The notes under the pieces were generated by a model. The model did not search any database. It had not been told where the DNA came from and worked only from the letters and a program-made list of their open reading frames with translations. The translations under genes and the position numbers were made by a program. Positions 30,273 to 41,139 of a DNA stretch of 64,000 bases are shown piece after piece. Every line of letters starts with the position of its first letter. The first letter of the stretch is position 1. This DNA is from an uncultured Methanosarcinales archaeon (lineage in GTDB: Archaea > Halobacteriota > Methanosarcinia > Methanotrichales > Methanotrichaceae), in the NCBI GenBank assembly GCA_963843555.1, contig CAWJKV010000002.1, positions 64,001 through 128,000 of the forward strand, written 5' to 3'.

Positions 30273-31422
30273 TCAAGCTATTTTATCAGGCCACACTCCG
30301 TGGACCACACCCAGTGCCCTGTCAACAGAGCCGTGAACTTTGTCTGCTGGAAATCCGCAGAACAGGAGGTACGCCTCGGCATAATTAGGCACGGGAATGG
30401 ACATCTGCTCCACTAGCATGACGATCTGCATTATTGTATAATCGCCCAGTTTAAAGGGAATTATTGCATCGGAAAAAAGCAGCTCGAAGATCTCGGGGCT
30501 TATTGGCCTTTCAAACCCGGATGCAAAGGCCTCCAGGATTTCGCCTGTCCAGTCATGCTTTTTTCCAGCATCATCATAGGGAATTACCACAACACGCCTG
30601 GTATTGGAGAGCTGCTCAAGCAGCATCTCAGGCTCTTGTTCACCCTCAAAAACAAAATTTAGTTGATGTACATGCGGCATGGTAATCGGAACCTTGCTGG
30701 CCCTGATCGAGAACTTCACGTCCTTAAAAACGGTTGCCGCATCCTTGCCCTGATGGCCGACACCACTTCCGAACTGAATTGCGTTTGGAGACATCTTGAC
30801 GATGTTTTGCGGATCCCCGCTTCTGCGATCCAGGTTGCCCAAGACAGCACGAAGGCCAAGTGGCCTCGCGGCCAGGACGGCTCTGCATAAGGCGGTTGTG
30901 TTGCAGCTGGTGCATTGGACCAATTTTGGAGCAGCCTTGAGAAAACGATCGTAGTTCCCCAGTCCGAAGAAGAACTCTCTTCCCAGATCTTCCTTGATCT
31001 TCTCCGTTATCCCGATATTCTTCTCGAGCCAGACCATTAAGTATATCGCCTCTGTGGGCACCACCCATCAGCACCATGTTGCAGTCGTGGGCCGTGCTCG
31101 CCTCTACGTAAGGCAGCTCCTGTCCCTCCGGAGTTCCAACGACTATTACGTCCGATTCTTCAAAAAATTCGTCATAGCCGCCTTCTATTCTGGTCCCAAC
31201 TTTCTCCCAAGCAGCTCTGTCTTCCTCATCTGTCAAGAAGGCTCTAACATTGCACATCTTTGTGAACTTACTAAGCATGCTCTTAGCCCTGGCATGAGGG
31301 CTGCGAAGCAGCACATTCATGTCGCCATCAATTCCTTCAGCTTCCTTGACTTGATGGATGGCAGAAATTGCCCTCTTGCTCTCTGTCCCATCAAATCCTA
31401 CAAATCCAACATTTGATTTCAT
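30273..31422 (-). pseudogene. gap: Divergent archaeal type II glyceraldehyde-3-phosphate dehydrogenase, split by a frameshift near 31025
   Basis: Rossmann-like N-terminus (VGFVGFDGTESKR, DVIVVGTP, MGG) in ORF 30724-31422. Catalytic SCNTT, RRSGDP, HQGKD and MPHVH in ORF 30273-31064. Confidence 0.8.
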
Positions 31423-31549
31423 AGAACAATCACGCAGACTATCTCATTGGTCAGGAAGATATTTCAATTTATCTATAATTTTTCCAGCAATCCCCAAGCC
31501 AATATGCTATTTGGGAAGTATTATAAGATCAGACAACAAACCGATCTTT

Positions 31550-32296
31550 ATGAATTCTCCCGGTGAACCGGTACAACAGAAGACGGAGGTAACGCAGGTT
31601 GTACAACGAACCACTGATGTAAAATCCGTTCGGTTCAAAAGGCCGAAAGGCTTCAATTATCTTCCTGGGCAATGGGCATTTATCACTATTGGCAACGAAA
31701 ATATGCAGAAAACAGAGCCTCTTTCTTTCTCCAGTAGCCCTACCGAAGATTTTCTTGAAGTCACCAAGAGATTGACAGGTCACGAGTTTTCAAATGCAGT
31801 GGATGCACTAAATGTGGGGGATGGGGTGACAATTCGAGGACCTTATGGCAAACTAATTCTTCAGGAAAATCAAGAAAAGATCTGCATGCTTTCCGGCGGG
31901 ATAGGTATTACCCCTTTGCTCAGCATGATCCGTTACTTAACAGATAAGGAACTGAAGACAAGCATAATCTTGCTTTACTCCAACCGCTTCGAGGGTAGTA
32001 TCCCCTTTAAGGACGACTTTGATGAAATGCAGAAGAGGAACAGGAACTTCAAGGTAATTATCACAATTACGAGACCTAGCCAGGCCTGGAATGGATTAAC
32101 GGGGCGAATAAATGTGGAGATGATAAAGAAGACAGTGCCTGACTATTCAGAGCGCGTCTTCTACACGTGCGGTCCAAGGCCGATGGTAGATGCGACTGTG
32201 GCAATACTTACTGAGATGGGTCTCCCAGAGACGCAAATAAATTACGAGTACTTCACCGGTTATCTGGGAGCACCAGGCAACGGATTTACTCAATAG
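31550..32296 (+). CDS. FAD/NAD-binding oxidoreductase (ferredoxin-NADP reductase-like)
   Basis: YLPGQW, SFSSSP, GPYG, SGGIGITP, GRI and YTCGP. Start taken at ATG 31550. Confidence 0.9.
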   Translation: MNSPGEPVQQKTEVTQVVQRTTDVKSVRFKRPKGFNYLPGQWAFITIGNENMQKTEPLSFSSSPTEDFLEVTKRLTGHEFSNAVDALNVGDGVTIRGPYGKLILQENQEKICMLSGGIGITPLLSMIRYLTDKELKTSIILLYSNRFEGSIPFKDDFDEMQKRNRNFKVIITITRPSQAWNGLTGRINVEMIKKTVPDYSERVFYTCGPRPMVDATVAILTEMGLPETQINYEYFTGYLGAPGNGFTQ

Positions 32297-32316
32297 AGCT
32301 CTTATCACTCTACGAA

Positions 32317-32694
32317 TCACTCCCGAAGCCAAGCCCAAGCCTTGTTGATATCAGCAGTGTGGAAGAATTTAGCATCGTGGGCATAGAACGGTTTGGCCAG
32401 AGGTGTCATCCACTTCTCCCAGGTCTTATCGCCGACTATGGCCAATTTTTGGATCTCATGACGAAACTCAGAGCCAAATTTCAGATCTTGTAGCCAGGCC
32501 TCCATTTTTTCCCATTTGAACTCGCTCAGATCAATAAGCATGCATATTTTTCCTTCCTTTTCCACTAACGACTTGACCTCAGGCTCTAGCGTCATATAGT
32601 CGGAAGCTGTTATCGTTCCAATTGCTTTATAGCCAACGACATTTCCTGAACTTTCTGCTAATTTCTTAATCATTTGGGATTCCTCTAACTCCAT
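32317..32694 (-). CDS. SpoIIAA-like (STAS/SEC14) protein
   Basis: GTITASDY, AWLQDLKFG, KLAIVGD..W and AWAWL. Confidence 0.88.
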   Translation of the reverse strand: MELEESQMIKKLAESSGNVVGYKAIGTITASDYMTLEPEVKSLVEKEGKICMLIDLSEFKWEKMEAWLQDLKFGSEFRHEIQKLAIVGDKTWEKWMTPLAKPFYAHDAKFFHTADINKAWAWLRE

Positions 32695-32846
32695 TTATTC
32701 ATGGCATTCAAACTACTTATTGCTGTCGCAGGTTCAAGTTCAATAGTTCGATTACAATTCGAACCTATTGCAGCTTACTGCTTTGACGCTCAGTACCAAA
32801 GTCTTCAATACCACCCAGGAATAAAACTACATATTGTTGGAGGATT

Positions 32847-35318
32847 TTGGGCATGGATTCTATCATCAGCGCCGATGAAGCCAGGGATGCAACTGTTGCT
32901 GATTTAACGGATAGGCTCTCTACAAAAGAGGGCGGTCTCTCAACTTCAGAAGCGGATGCAAGACTCCAACAATACGGCCCGAATGAGATTACAGAGAAGA
33001 AGGCCAATCCGCTTATTAAATTTCTGGGCCATTTCTGGGGGCCCATTCCCTGGATGATTGAGGCTGCGGCCATTCTTTCCGCAATACTAGGTCGCTGGGA
33101 CGACTTTGCCATCATCTTCTTGCTTTTGCTTATGAATGGCGTGGTTGGCTTCTGGCAGGAGCACAAAGCCGACAATGCCATTGAACTCTTAAAGGAGAGG
33201 CTTGCACCTACGGCCAGGGTCCAGAGAGATGGGCAATGGAAAGGCATCCCCTCCGCTGAACTTGTACCGGGTGATCTTGTTAGAATCCGTTTGGGGGAGA
33301 TCATTCCCGCAGACATCAAGCTCATTGATGGCGATTTTCTCCAGGTAGACGAATCCGCCTTGACAGGTGAATCGCTGCCAGTGGATAAAAAAGTCGGGGA
33401 GATTGCGTTCTCCGGATCGATAGTTCGTCAGGGAGAGATGACTGCCCTGGTCTTTGCTACGGGAATGAATACCTACTTCGGCCGAACTGCCAGGCTGGTG
33501 GAATTGGCCAGGACCCAGAGCCATTTTCAGAAGGCAGTAGTCAAGATTGGAGATTATCTGATCATTCTGGCCATAATCCTGGTGACCCTGATATTCATCG
33601 TAGCTATTCTGAGGCATGAAAGCCTTCTGCAGGCTTTGCAGTACGCTCTGGTGCTGGTAGTAGCCGCCATACCCGCCGCCCTTCCTGCCGTTCTGTCCGT
33701 GACCATGGCAGTGGGTGCTATTGAACTTGCCAAGAAGGGGGCCATAGTGAGCAGGCTGGCAGCCATTGAGGAGATGGCCGGGGTGGATGTTCTCTGTTCG
33801 GACAAGACCGGCACCATAACTCAGAATGCAATTACGGTAGCAGAGGTAGTGCCCTTCGAGGGCTTCACCGAGAAAGATGTGCTGCTGTTTGGTGCCTTAG
33901 CCTCCCGGGAGGAGGACGGCGATCTCATAGATACTGCTATCATAAAGAAGAGCAAAGAAGAGCAGGTTGAACCAGTCAGCTACAAATCAGGTAAATTCAA
34001 ACCCTTCGATCCCGTTTCCAAAAGGACTGAAGCCGAAATAGAGGACACTCAAGGCAGCTTCAAGACAGCCAAAGGTGCACCTCAGGCCATACTATCATTA
34101 ACTGCAAATAGCACTCAAGGCACCTCAGTTGACAAGAATGTAGAGACGTTTGCTTCCAAAGGTTACCGGGCTCTGGGCGTTGCCAGCACGGATTCCTATG
34201 GAGCCTGGCGCTACGTAGGACTCATTGCTCTTCAAGATCCGCCGAGGGAGGACTCTGCTGAGACCATTAAAACTGCTCAGTCATTGGGTGTCCAAATAAA
34301 AATGGTCACAGGCGACCACGTAGCCATAGCCAAAGAGATTGCTCGGATTGTGGGTCTGGGAACCAATATTGGGCCCGCATCGGACTTCATCGACAAACCA
34401 GATGAAGAAGCAACAGATATCATCGAAAAGTCAGATGGTTATGCCCAAGTATTTCCCGAACACAAATTCAGGATAGTAGAACTGCTTCAAGCCAGAGGAC
34501 ACATCGTCGGTATGACTGGTGACGGGGTAAACGATGCACCTGCCTTGAAGAAAGCCGACGTCGGGATTGCAGTCTCGGGAGCAACAGATGCTGCCAAGTC
34601 TGCGGCTGCAATAGTTCTGACCAGGCCGGGGCTGTCCGTAATCATTGACGCCATTAAAGAGAGCCGCAAGATATTCCAGCGCATGAATAGCTACGCCATT
34701 TACCGCATAGCTGAGACCATCAGAGTCCTCTTCGTTGTCACTCTATCCATACTCATCTTCAACTTTTATCCGGTGACGGCCATCATGATAGTATTGCTGG
34801 CATTGCTTAATGATTTTGCCATCATGTCCATCGCCTATGACCGGGCAGAGTATGCACTGAAGCCAAATCGCTGGGATATGACGACTGTGCTCGGTATGGC
34901 GACATTTCTGGGGTTGATAGGCACTGTGTCCTCATTCCTATTTCTTTACATAGGTATATCCATTCTGCACCTCTCTCAGGATATGATGCAATCAATGATG
35001 TACCTCAAGTTCTCGATCGCCGGGCATTTTCTTATATTTATAACCAGGACAAAAGGCCATTTCTGGTCCTACAGGCCGAGCAATATACTGCTGGGAGCGG
35101 TTTTGGGCACTCAGATAGTGGCGACCATTATCGCGGTCTACGGCCTCCTGATACCCCCAATAGGCTGGTCGCTCGCATTATTTGTATGGGCTTACGCCAT
35201 GGCTGCCTTTGTGTTGACGGACCTAGCCAAAGTCTTCCTATACAAGCGGTTTGAGCGAGAGGTAAAGACCCTGGAGAAGGAAGCGGTTGTTATCGGAGGA
35301 GGGGCTGAAAAAATTTAA
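32847..35318 (+). CDS. Plasma-membrane proton-efflux P-type ATPase (P3A)
   Basis: FWGPIPWMIEAA, TGES, AIPAALPAVLSVTMAVGA, CSDKTGT, DPPR, IFQRMNSYAIYRIAET and LLND. Confidence 0.95.
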   Translation: MGMDSIISADEARDATVADLTDRLSTKEGGLSTSEADARLQQYGPNEITEKKANPLIKFLGHFWGPIPWMIEAAAILSAILGRWDDFAIIFLLLLMNGVVGFWQEHKADNAIELLKERLAPTARVQRDGQWKGIPSAELVPGDLVRIRLGEIIPADIKLIDGDFLQVDESALTGESLPVDKKVGEIAFSGSIVRQGEMTALVFATGMNTYFGRTARLVELARTQSHFQKAVVKIGDYLIILAIILVTLIFIVAILRHESLLQALQYALVLVVAAIPAALPAVLSVTMAVGAIELAKKGAIVSRLAAIEEMAGVDVLCSDKTGTITQNAITVAEVVPFEGFTEKDVLLFGALASREEDGDLIDTAIIKKSKEEQVEPVSYKSGKFKPFDPVSKRTEAEIEDTQGSFKTAKGAPQAILSLTANSTQGTSVDKNVETFASKGYRALGVASTDSYGAWRYVGLIALQDPPREDSAETIKTAQSLGVQIKMVTGDHVAIAKEIARIVGLGTNIGPASDFIDKPDEEATDIIEKSDGYAQVFPEHKFRIVELLQARGHIVGMTGDGVNDAPALKKADVGIAVSGATDAAKSAAAIVLTRPGLSVIIDAIKESRKIFQRMNSYAIYRIAETIRVLFVVTLSILIFNFYPVTAIMIVLLALLNDFAIMSIAYDRAEYALKPNRWDMTTVLGMATFLGLIGTVSSFLFLYIGISILHLSQDMMQSMMYLKFSIAGHFLIFITRTKGHFWSYRPSNILLGAVLGTQIVATIIAVYGLLIPPIGWSLALFVWAYAMAAFVLTDLAKVFLYKRFEREVKTLEKEAVVIGGGAEKI

Positions 35319-35670
35319 CTTGATATCCAATTGATCTTGATCATTATAATGGGAACGGTATGATAAGATATGAGAAGTACCTCATACCGCCGATCAGAGG
35401 GATAACCTGGCAGTTTTCATCCCAGGGCTGGAAATCGCCAATCCTCTTGGCATGTAAGTACCATCTCCCCAGGGACGCCTTCTTCGTCAGGCAAAAACTT
35501 CAGGAACCATTTCTTTGGATCAGCTACCATAACCCACCTCGGCCCTTTTTGCTCAGATGCAAGCATATGTTATTGGACACGACAAAGATATCTAAGCCTC
35601 CCCTATGTAGTGAATGCGCCCGATTCTCCCTTCGAAGGGTATATCTAGAATTGAGAGATTAATATTCAAC

Positions 35671-36765
35671 ATGGATCAGCGCCGCAAATTTTACACCATC
35701 TTTGCAGCTATTATCTTTGTTTTAATTATCTTTGCGATATATCTTAGTAAAAATTTTATATCAACTATTCTCTTGAGCTTTCTTATGGCATATATCTTGC
35801 ATCCTTTTTTCATCTATTCCTCCAGGCATGTCGGTCACCATCGTAAGCTGTCAGCTCTTGCTTCCATATCAATAATATTTTTTATACTAATATTGGTCAT
35901 CTTTGCGGCAGCCGATGCACTTGTAACAGAGATGTCGAATTTACTGGATTTGGGGGGCATAACCTATCTTCAGATACAGGCATCCAATTTTTCAGCCACT
36001 ATCATTAGCCTTGCCGAGATGTACCTGCCTGCTCCAGCTGCAGATTACGTGAAGGGGATAGGCGACATTCCCACCGCCCTCATTTTAACGGCCCAACCAG
36101 TTTTGCAGGACCGTATCATAGGCTTAGCCGCAAATATACCAATATACTTTACTAAGTTTCTGCTGGCAATAATCTTCACCTATTACTTCCTTGTGGATGG
36201 TAAACAGATAACAGACGAATTTGTAGGGCTACTTCCTGAAAAAGAAGTAACCGCACAGTTTCGTCTGGAACTGGACCTCATCTATGGGACCCTTTTCCGG
36301 GTTTTTTTCCTCAACACTCTGATTATTGGTATCATAGGAGCAGTAGTGTTCCTCGTGCTCGGCGTACCATATCCTTTCCTCTTGGGCATGATGATAGCTG
36401 TAGTCGCCCTGGTTCCGATGATAGGACCGGAAATGATCTACGGGCCGATTGCCCTTTACTACCTGCTGACCCAAGATTATGCTAGAGGCCTGGCCCTATT
36501 GGCCTTGGGAATTGTTTTCCTCACAATAATCCCTAATAACTTCATTCTCCCTCGCCTGGCATTAGCGAGTGCTTCAATCCATCCCGTCATCACCCTCATT
36601 GCATTTACCGCCCCAATCTTTGTCATCGGAATAATTGGCGTGATAGTTGGGCCCGCTGTCTTCGGATTTATCCTGGCAGCTTACAGGACAATGGTCTACT
36701 TTCGAAAAGTTGCCCTTGAAGCGGAATCAGTAGCCTCATCTATGCCTATGTCAAAGTCGCCTTGA
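35671..36765 (+). CDS. AI-2E family transporter
   Basis: AYILHP, YYFLVDG, VPMIG, NFILPRL..IHP and GIIGVIVGP. Start uncertain (35614 or 35671). Confidence 0.9.
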   Translation: MDQRRKFYTIFAAIIFVLIIFAIYLSKNFISTILLSFLMAYILHPFFIYSSRHVGHHRKLSALASISIIFFILILVIFAAADALVTEMSNLLDLGGITYLQIQASNFSATIISLAEMYLPAPAADYVKGIGDIPTALILTAQPVLQDRIIGLAANIPIYFTKFLLAIIFTYYFLVDGKQITDEFVGLLPEKEVTAQFRLELDLIYGTLFRVFFLNTLIIGIIGAVVFLVLGVPYPFLLGMMIAVVALVPMIGPEMIYGPIALYYLLTQDYARGLALLALGIVFLTIIPNNFILPRLALASASIHPVITLIAFTAPIFVIGIIGVIVGPAVFGFILAAYRTMVYFRKVALEAESVASSMPMSKSP

Positions 36766-37200
36766 AAGATGAATTGGCGAGTATGGCGCCAAAGCATACA
36801 GGTATATAGATCCTATCACATTTAGAATAAAATGTTGGTTACATGTTGGTACAAGAACGGAAGCTTAAAAGCATTCCGCCAGTTTTGCATTCAAAATCAA
36901 GATAAACCAGTATCTATCAAGTTGACAAATAGATCCGAGCCGGTCAAGGGAGCTTTGTGCAACTACAGTCTCAACTCCTCAAAGGCAGAAGGTCTTTTTC
37001 TTCTCTTAACGGATAGAGTATTTCATCCTGCATACTATGGCCTTGAGGGAATCGAGAGTATGCATATTGTTCGACATGAAGCATTTTCGCCCGTGTCAGG
37101 CAGTGCATATTTTGCATATTCCGAGGACATGTCTACCTCCATGATTATGGCCTCTAGCCACCTGGCCCTGTGATCAGCAAGGTAATGGGCAGGGAAAACA

Positions 37201-39096
37201 ATGGACACAAGCGATATGTTAGAGGATTTAAAGAAGACCTGGCCAGAGAAGTTCGCAACAGAAGATGAGATCTTCGGCCACATACATGCAGGCGATAAGA
37301 TCTTCATAGGCACAGGCTGCGGCGAACCCCAATACCTGGTCCAGGCTATGGTGAACTTCATCAGCGGTAATCCCAAAGCCTTTTTCGGCATCGAGCTTAT
37401 ACATGTATGGACCCTTGGAACCGCACCCTACCTGGACGATAAATTCCGTGACAACTTCCGGATCGACTCCTTCTTCATAAGCGAAGGCACCAGAAATGCG
37501 ATCAATAGAGGTGCAGCAGACTATACGCCCATATCGCTTTCCGCCGTTCCCGGCCTCTTCCGGAGGGAGATAATACCAATAGATGTGGCATTAATCCAGA
37601 CATCTCCACCCGATAAGCACGGCTACATGAGCCTGGGAATAAGCGTAGATATTGTAAAGGCTGCGACCCAGAAGGCATCCTTGATCGTTGCCCAGATTAA
37701 CTCCCATATGCCTCGCACTCAGGGTGATGGATTCATAAATATAAAAGATATAGATTTCATTATTCATCAGGATGAACCATTGCTGGAGTATACAGTAGAA
37801 TGCCCCGGGGACATCATCAAAGCGATAGGCAAGTATGTTGCCAGGATCATTGAGGATGGATCTACGCTGCAAGTTGGATATGGCATTATACCCAATGCGG
37901 TGGTCTCATACCTGGGCGAAAAAAAGCATCTTGGTGTCCACACCGAGCTCTTAAGCGACGGCATTATTGATTTGATGCAAAAAGGCGTGGTGGATAACAC
38001 CAGGAAGTCCATCGATACGGGAAAGACTGTGGCATCCTATTGCATGGGCAAGAGAGAGAGTTACGAATTCCTGGACGAGAATCCAACCGTCTTGTTTAGA
38101 ACCATTGATTATGTTAACAATCCTTTGACTATTGCCAAGAACAAATTGATGACTGCAATTAACAGCGCCATTGAGATTGATTTAACCGGTCAGGCTACTG
38201 CAGAATCACTTGCCGGGACATTCTACTTCGGCATCGGCGGCCAGGCAGATTTCATGAGAGGGGCCGTGCTTGCGCCGGGTGGCAAGAGCATCCTAGCCCT
38301 TCCTTCAACCGCCATCAACGACACCATTTCCAGGATAGTGCCATCCCTCCGGGAGGGAACCGGAGTGACTTTTACCAGAGGAGATGTCCACTATGTAGTA
38401 ACTGAGTACGGCATAGCATATTTGCACGGCAAGAATATCAGGGAACGGGCCATGGATCTTATTGCCATTGCTCATCCCAAGTTCAGGCCGTGGCTCATCG
38501 AAGAAGCAAAAAAGCTCTTGCTCATCTACAAAGATCAGGCCTTCATACCCGGTGCGAATGGAGTGTATCCGGTATCTTTAGAGACATTCAGGAAGACCAG
38601 AGACGGGCTCAATGTTCTCCTCAGGCCGGTAAAGATCGGGGATGAGCCTTTGATGAAGGACTTTTTCTATGATCTTTCCAGTGAAAGCATGTACCGCAGG
38701 TTCATGTCCGTAAGAATGGATATGCCCCATGAGAGGTTGCAGGAGTTCGGAATAGTGGACTATGCCAATAGTATGATGATTCTGGCCATTGTTGAAGGAG
38801 ATGGCAAAGAGACTATCGCTGCAATTGGGCAATATGAGATAAATGAGAAGGTGCATACAGCCGAGGTTGCATTGGTGGTCAAGGATATATACCAAAAAAT
38901 GGGAGTAGGCCGTGATCTGCTCACTTATCTCACTCGTCTGGCCAGAAAGAGAGGTTTACTGGGATTCACCGCCGAGGTCTTGGTCGAGAATAAGCCGATG
39001 CTCAGTCTCTTTAAAGATATGGGATTTGATACAGAAAAGAGAAGTGAGGAAGGGGTCTACGAAATGCGCATGATGTTCAGAGATGACGAGGGCTAG
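37201..39096 (+). CDS. Acetyl-CoA hydrolase/CoA-transferase fused to a GNAT domain
   Basis: GTGCGEPQ, TLQVGYG, LGVHTE, GIGGQADF and VVTEYG motifs, then GNAT (LRPVKIGD, YRRF, YQKMGVG, N.PML). Confidence 0.92.
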   Translation: MDTSDMLEDLKKTWPEKFATEDEIFGHIHAGDKIFIGTGCGEPQYLVQAMVNFISGNPKAFFGIELIHVWTLGTAPYLDDKFRDNFRIDSFFISEGTRNAINRGAADYTPISLSAVPGLFRREIIPIDVALIQTSPPDKHGYMSLGISVDIVKAATQKASLIVAQINSHMPRTQGDGFINIKDIDFIIHQDEPLLEYTVECPGDIIKAIGKYVARIIEDGSTLQVGYGIIPNAVVSYLGEKKHLGVHTELLSDGIIDLMQKGVVDNTRKSIDTGKTVASYCMGKRESYEFLDENPTVLFRTIDYVNNPLTIAKNKLMTAINSAIEIDLTGQATAESLAGTFYFGIGGQADFMRGAVLAPGGKSILALPSTAINDTISRIVPSLREGTGVTFTRGDVHYVVTEYGIAYLHGKNIRERAMDLIAIAHPKFRPWLIEEAKKLLLIYKDQAFIPGANGVYPVSLETFRKTRDGLNVLLRPVKIGDEPLMKDFFYDLSSESMYRRFMSVRMDMPHERLQEFGIVDYANSMMILAIVEGDGKETIAAIGQYEINEKVHTAEVALVVKDIYQKMGVGRDLLTYLTRLARKRGLLGFTAEVLVENKPMLSLFKDMGFDTEKRSEEGVYEMRMMFRDDEG

Positions 39097-39215
39097 CTCC
39101 CGGCCGCTATAATTTCGGATCGAGCAAGAAGATTAGTGGAAAATCAGGAACGCCCAGGGTCATAACGACCTCCCCCGTACGAGGGGGAAGTATGCGACTG
39201 TTTTTATGCCGTGAC

Positions 39216-39350
39216 TTAAGCGCGGCAACCTACTGTGTTCCAATTTAACGGCTCTTCAAGACTGATCATACACGAACTGCATATCCATCTACCTGGGACA
39301 ACAAAACGTCCCGCAGCAATCAAGCTGCCGCAAAAAACGCATTCAACCAT
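39216..39350 (-). CDS. Possible small CxxC-CxxC zinc-binding protein
   Basis: MVECVFCG..WICSSCM, preceded by GAGGT. A hairpin (CCCCCGTACGAGGGGG) lies just downstream. Confidence 0.4.
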   Translation of the reverse strand: MVECVFCGSLIAAGRFVVPGRWICSSCMISLEEPLNWNTVGCRA

Positions 39351-39587
39351 TTTAACCTCTAACACATTCATCTCTATAGGTATAAGACACTGCCGACGAA
39401 GAATGGGTGGCACGAACTATATCGCTCTCATACGCAAAATAATAAATCCAAAAAATACAGTTTCTGGCTACAGTACAAGCGATATTACCGCTAATATGAC
39501 GAATACTATAACCAGCCATCGAAGATTTACTTCCATACGATAGGTCGATTTTGCCAACCCTTGAGACTACATTGAAGATGTCGGTAT

Positions 39588-40328
39588 TTATCCTGGAGGA
39601 GCCTGGGCAAACACATCCACAATGATCACGTTGCTGGGCTGGTTGTCGACCACAAAGTAGAGCATGTGTCTTCCCACCTGATCGGCATTGAAGTTCATGG
39701 TGTTATAACCCGAGTTGAACTGGTAAATGTTGTACTTCGAACTGGTTGTACCGGTCTGAATTATCTCGTAGAAGCCCGCAGGCCCTCCAACGGGCGAATT
39801 GGCGACCAGCTGCAGCCAGGTGCCGACCGGGCTTACCGCATATTGCGTCCAGTTTGTTGCTCCCTGGATCCAGAGGTCGTTGGTCTTGGATGGCGCCATG
39901 GACGCATACTGGGAGTATGGCAATCCCACACCGGCACCGTAGTACACACTGGAAGGCGTTTTCTCTGTTATATCGAACTTGGCAGGATTGCTTACTATCC
40001 CACCCACTACAGGCGTACCCGTGGTTGTATAATACTCTCGGTAGGGCGAGAACGTTGTGTCGCTATACGGTTGGCTGTAAAAGGAACCACCCGCAGTGTA
40101 CCAGGGGAAATTAGGGACTGGTGTATCGAGCCACTGCAACATGCCAGCCAGCCCTTCATCAGGATTTGAACTGCGGGACATTTGGCCCATATTGGGGCTG
40201 ATATAATCTCCGCTAGATCCCATTGTGCTGCCGCTAGAGCCTGCACCCAGGTAGTCCTCCTGTGCGCATGCTTGAAACGCAAGGCAGGCGAACACCATCA
40301 TACTCAATAAAATTTTGCTATATTTCAT
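39588..40328 (-). CDS. Secreted hypothetical protein (Methanothrix-like family)
   Basis: Signal peptide ending ACA-Q, Ser/Tyr-rich linker, C-terminal NDLWIQG..WTQYA..GRHML domain. Confidence 0.75.
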   Translation of the reverse strand: MKYSKILLSMMVFACLAFQACAQEDYLGAGSSGSTMGSSGDYISPNMGQMSRSSNPDEGLAGMLQWLDTPVPNFPWYTAGGSFYSQPYSDTTFSPYREYYTTTGTPVVGGIVSNPAKFDITEKTPSSVYYGAGVGLPYSQYASMAPSKTNDLWIQGATNWTQYAVSPVGTWLQLVANSPVGGPAGFYEIIQTGTTSSKYNIYQFNSGYNTMNFNADQVGRHMLYFVVDNQPSNVIIVDVFAQAPPG

Positions 40329-40719
40329 TTTAACACCTACTATCGTTTAAACTAGTTTCTTGGATTTCTAAATGACCTGAAAGTTTTAAGGAGAGGATAG
40401 GCAAATAGTGAATGAGGGTCAAAGTCTCTTGAATCCCAATTCAAATCCGCCTGAATCAGGCTACTTTTCTACATTACCATCTATCATTTCCAGATCCTCG
40501 TTTAGCGATCCTTAACTAGTAAGACGCCTTTGAATAAAAAGCTTTTGGTATCAAAATATTAATCTGCATCTGATCTATAATAATATATATTGAATATTAG
40601 ATAGCGACTTAAGATAGAGAATCACTATTAACCAACATTTGGCGGGTGTTTTTTGAGAACAGTGCTCTCTTGTCGTTCTTGCAGATATCAATTTTCCCTG
40701 TCTCTCTCGTTTTTTTGAT

Positions 40720-41045
40720 CGTTCTTCGATATCATCAAATCCAAATGGAACCTTTTCGAGACTTCTGCCAGAGTGAGAAGATCTTCCGATACACCAATGG
40801 AGCGAAGTCAGAAATCCGTTATAGAAAGATCTGTGGAGGGATTGGCGATAATAGATACTTAGCGGCATTACTCTTCTCTCATTGCAGCAAGATTTCCAAA
40901 AATATGTTTGTATCCAGGAGGTACATTAGCCTCCTCTTATCTTCCCAATCTCATGTTGGATTCCACAGAGGAATACTGCTCTCCCAGATCCTGTAGGGCA
41001 CCTTCTCCAGCAAAAATTCTGCATAACTCCGAACTTCTTTTTGAA
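40720..41045 (-). pseudogene. Relic DUF2281-antitoxin / PIN(VapC)-toxin pair
   Basis: QKEVRSYAEFLLEK and GALQDLGEQYSSVE..HEI antitoxin pieces. From ATG 40926 (after GGAGG) MYLLDTNIFLEILLQ*EKS, and later EDLLTLAEVSKRFHLD. Stops and deletions throughout. Confidence 0.7.
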
Positions 41046-41139
41046 TGTCTCCTGCTACCACGTGCTCCTGCGCCCGTGAGCAAGGGCCGCTGCCCAGGCT
41101 ACCAGCCCACTCGTCCGCCCTGCTTCCTGCCGGAACGCT

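Noticed and set aside
35360..35530. Possible phospholipase-D N-terminal relic on the minus strand (PWDENCQVIPLIGGMRYF)
   Set aside because: Too short and fragmentary to support without a search.
36832..37173. 113-aa ORF upstream of the CoA transferase
   Set aside because: No motif, RBS or coding-like composition; probably intergenic.
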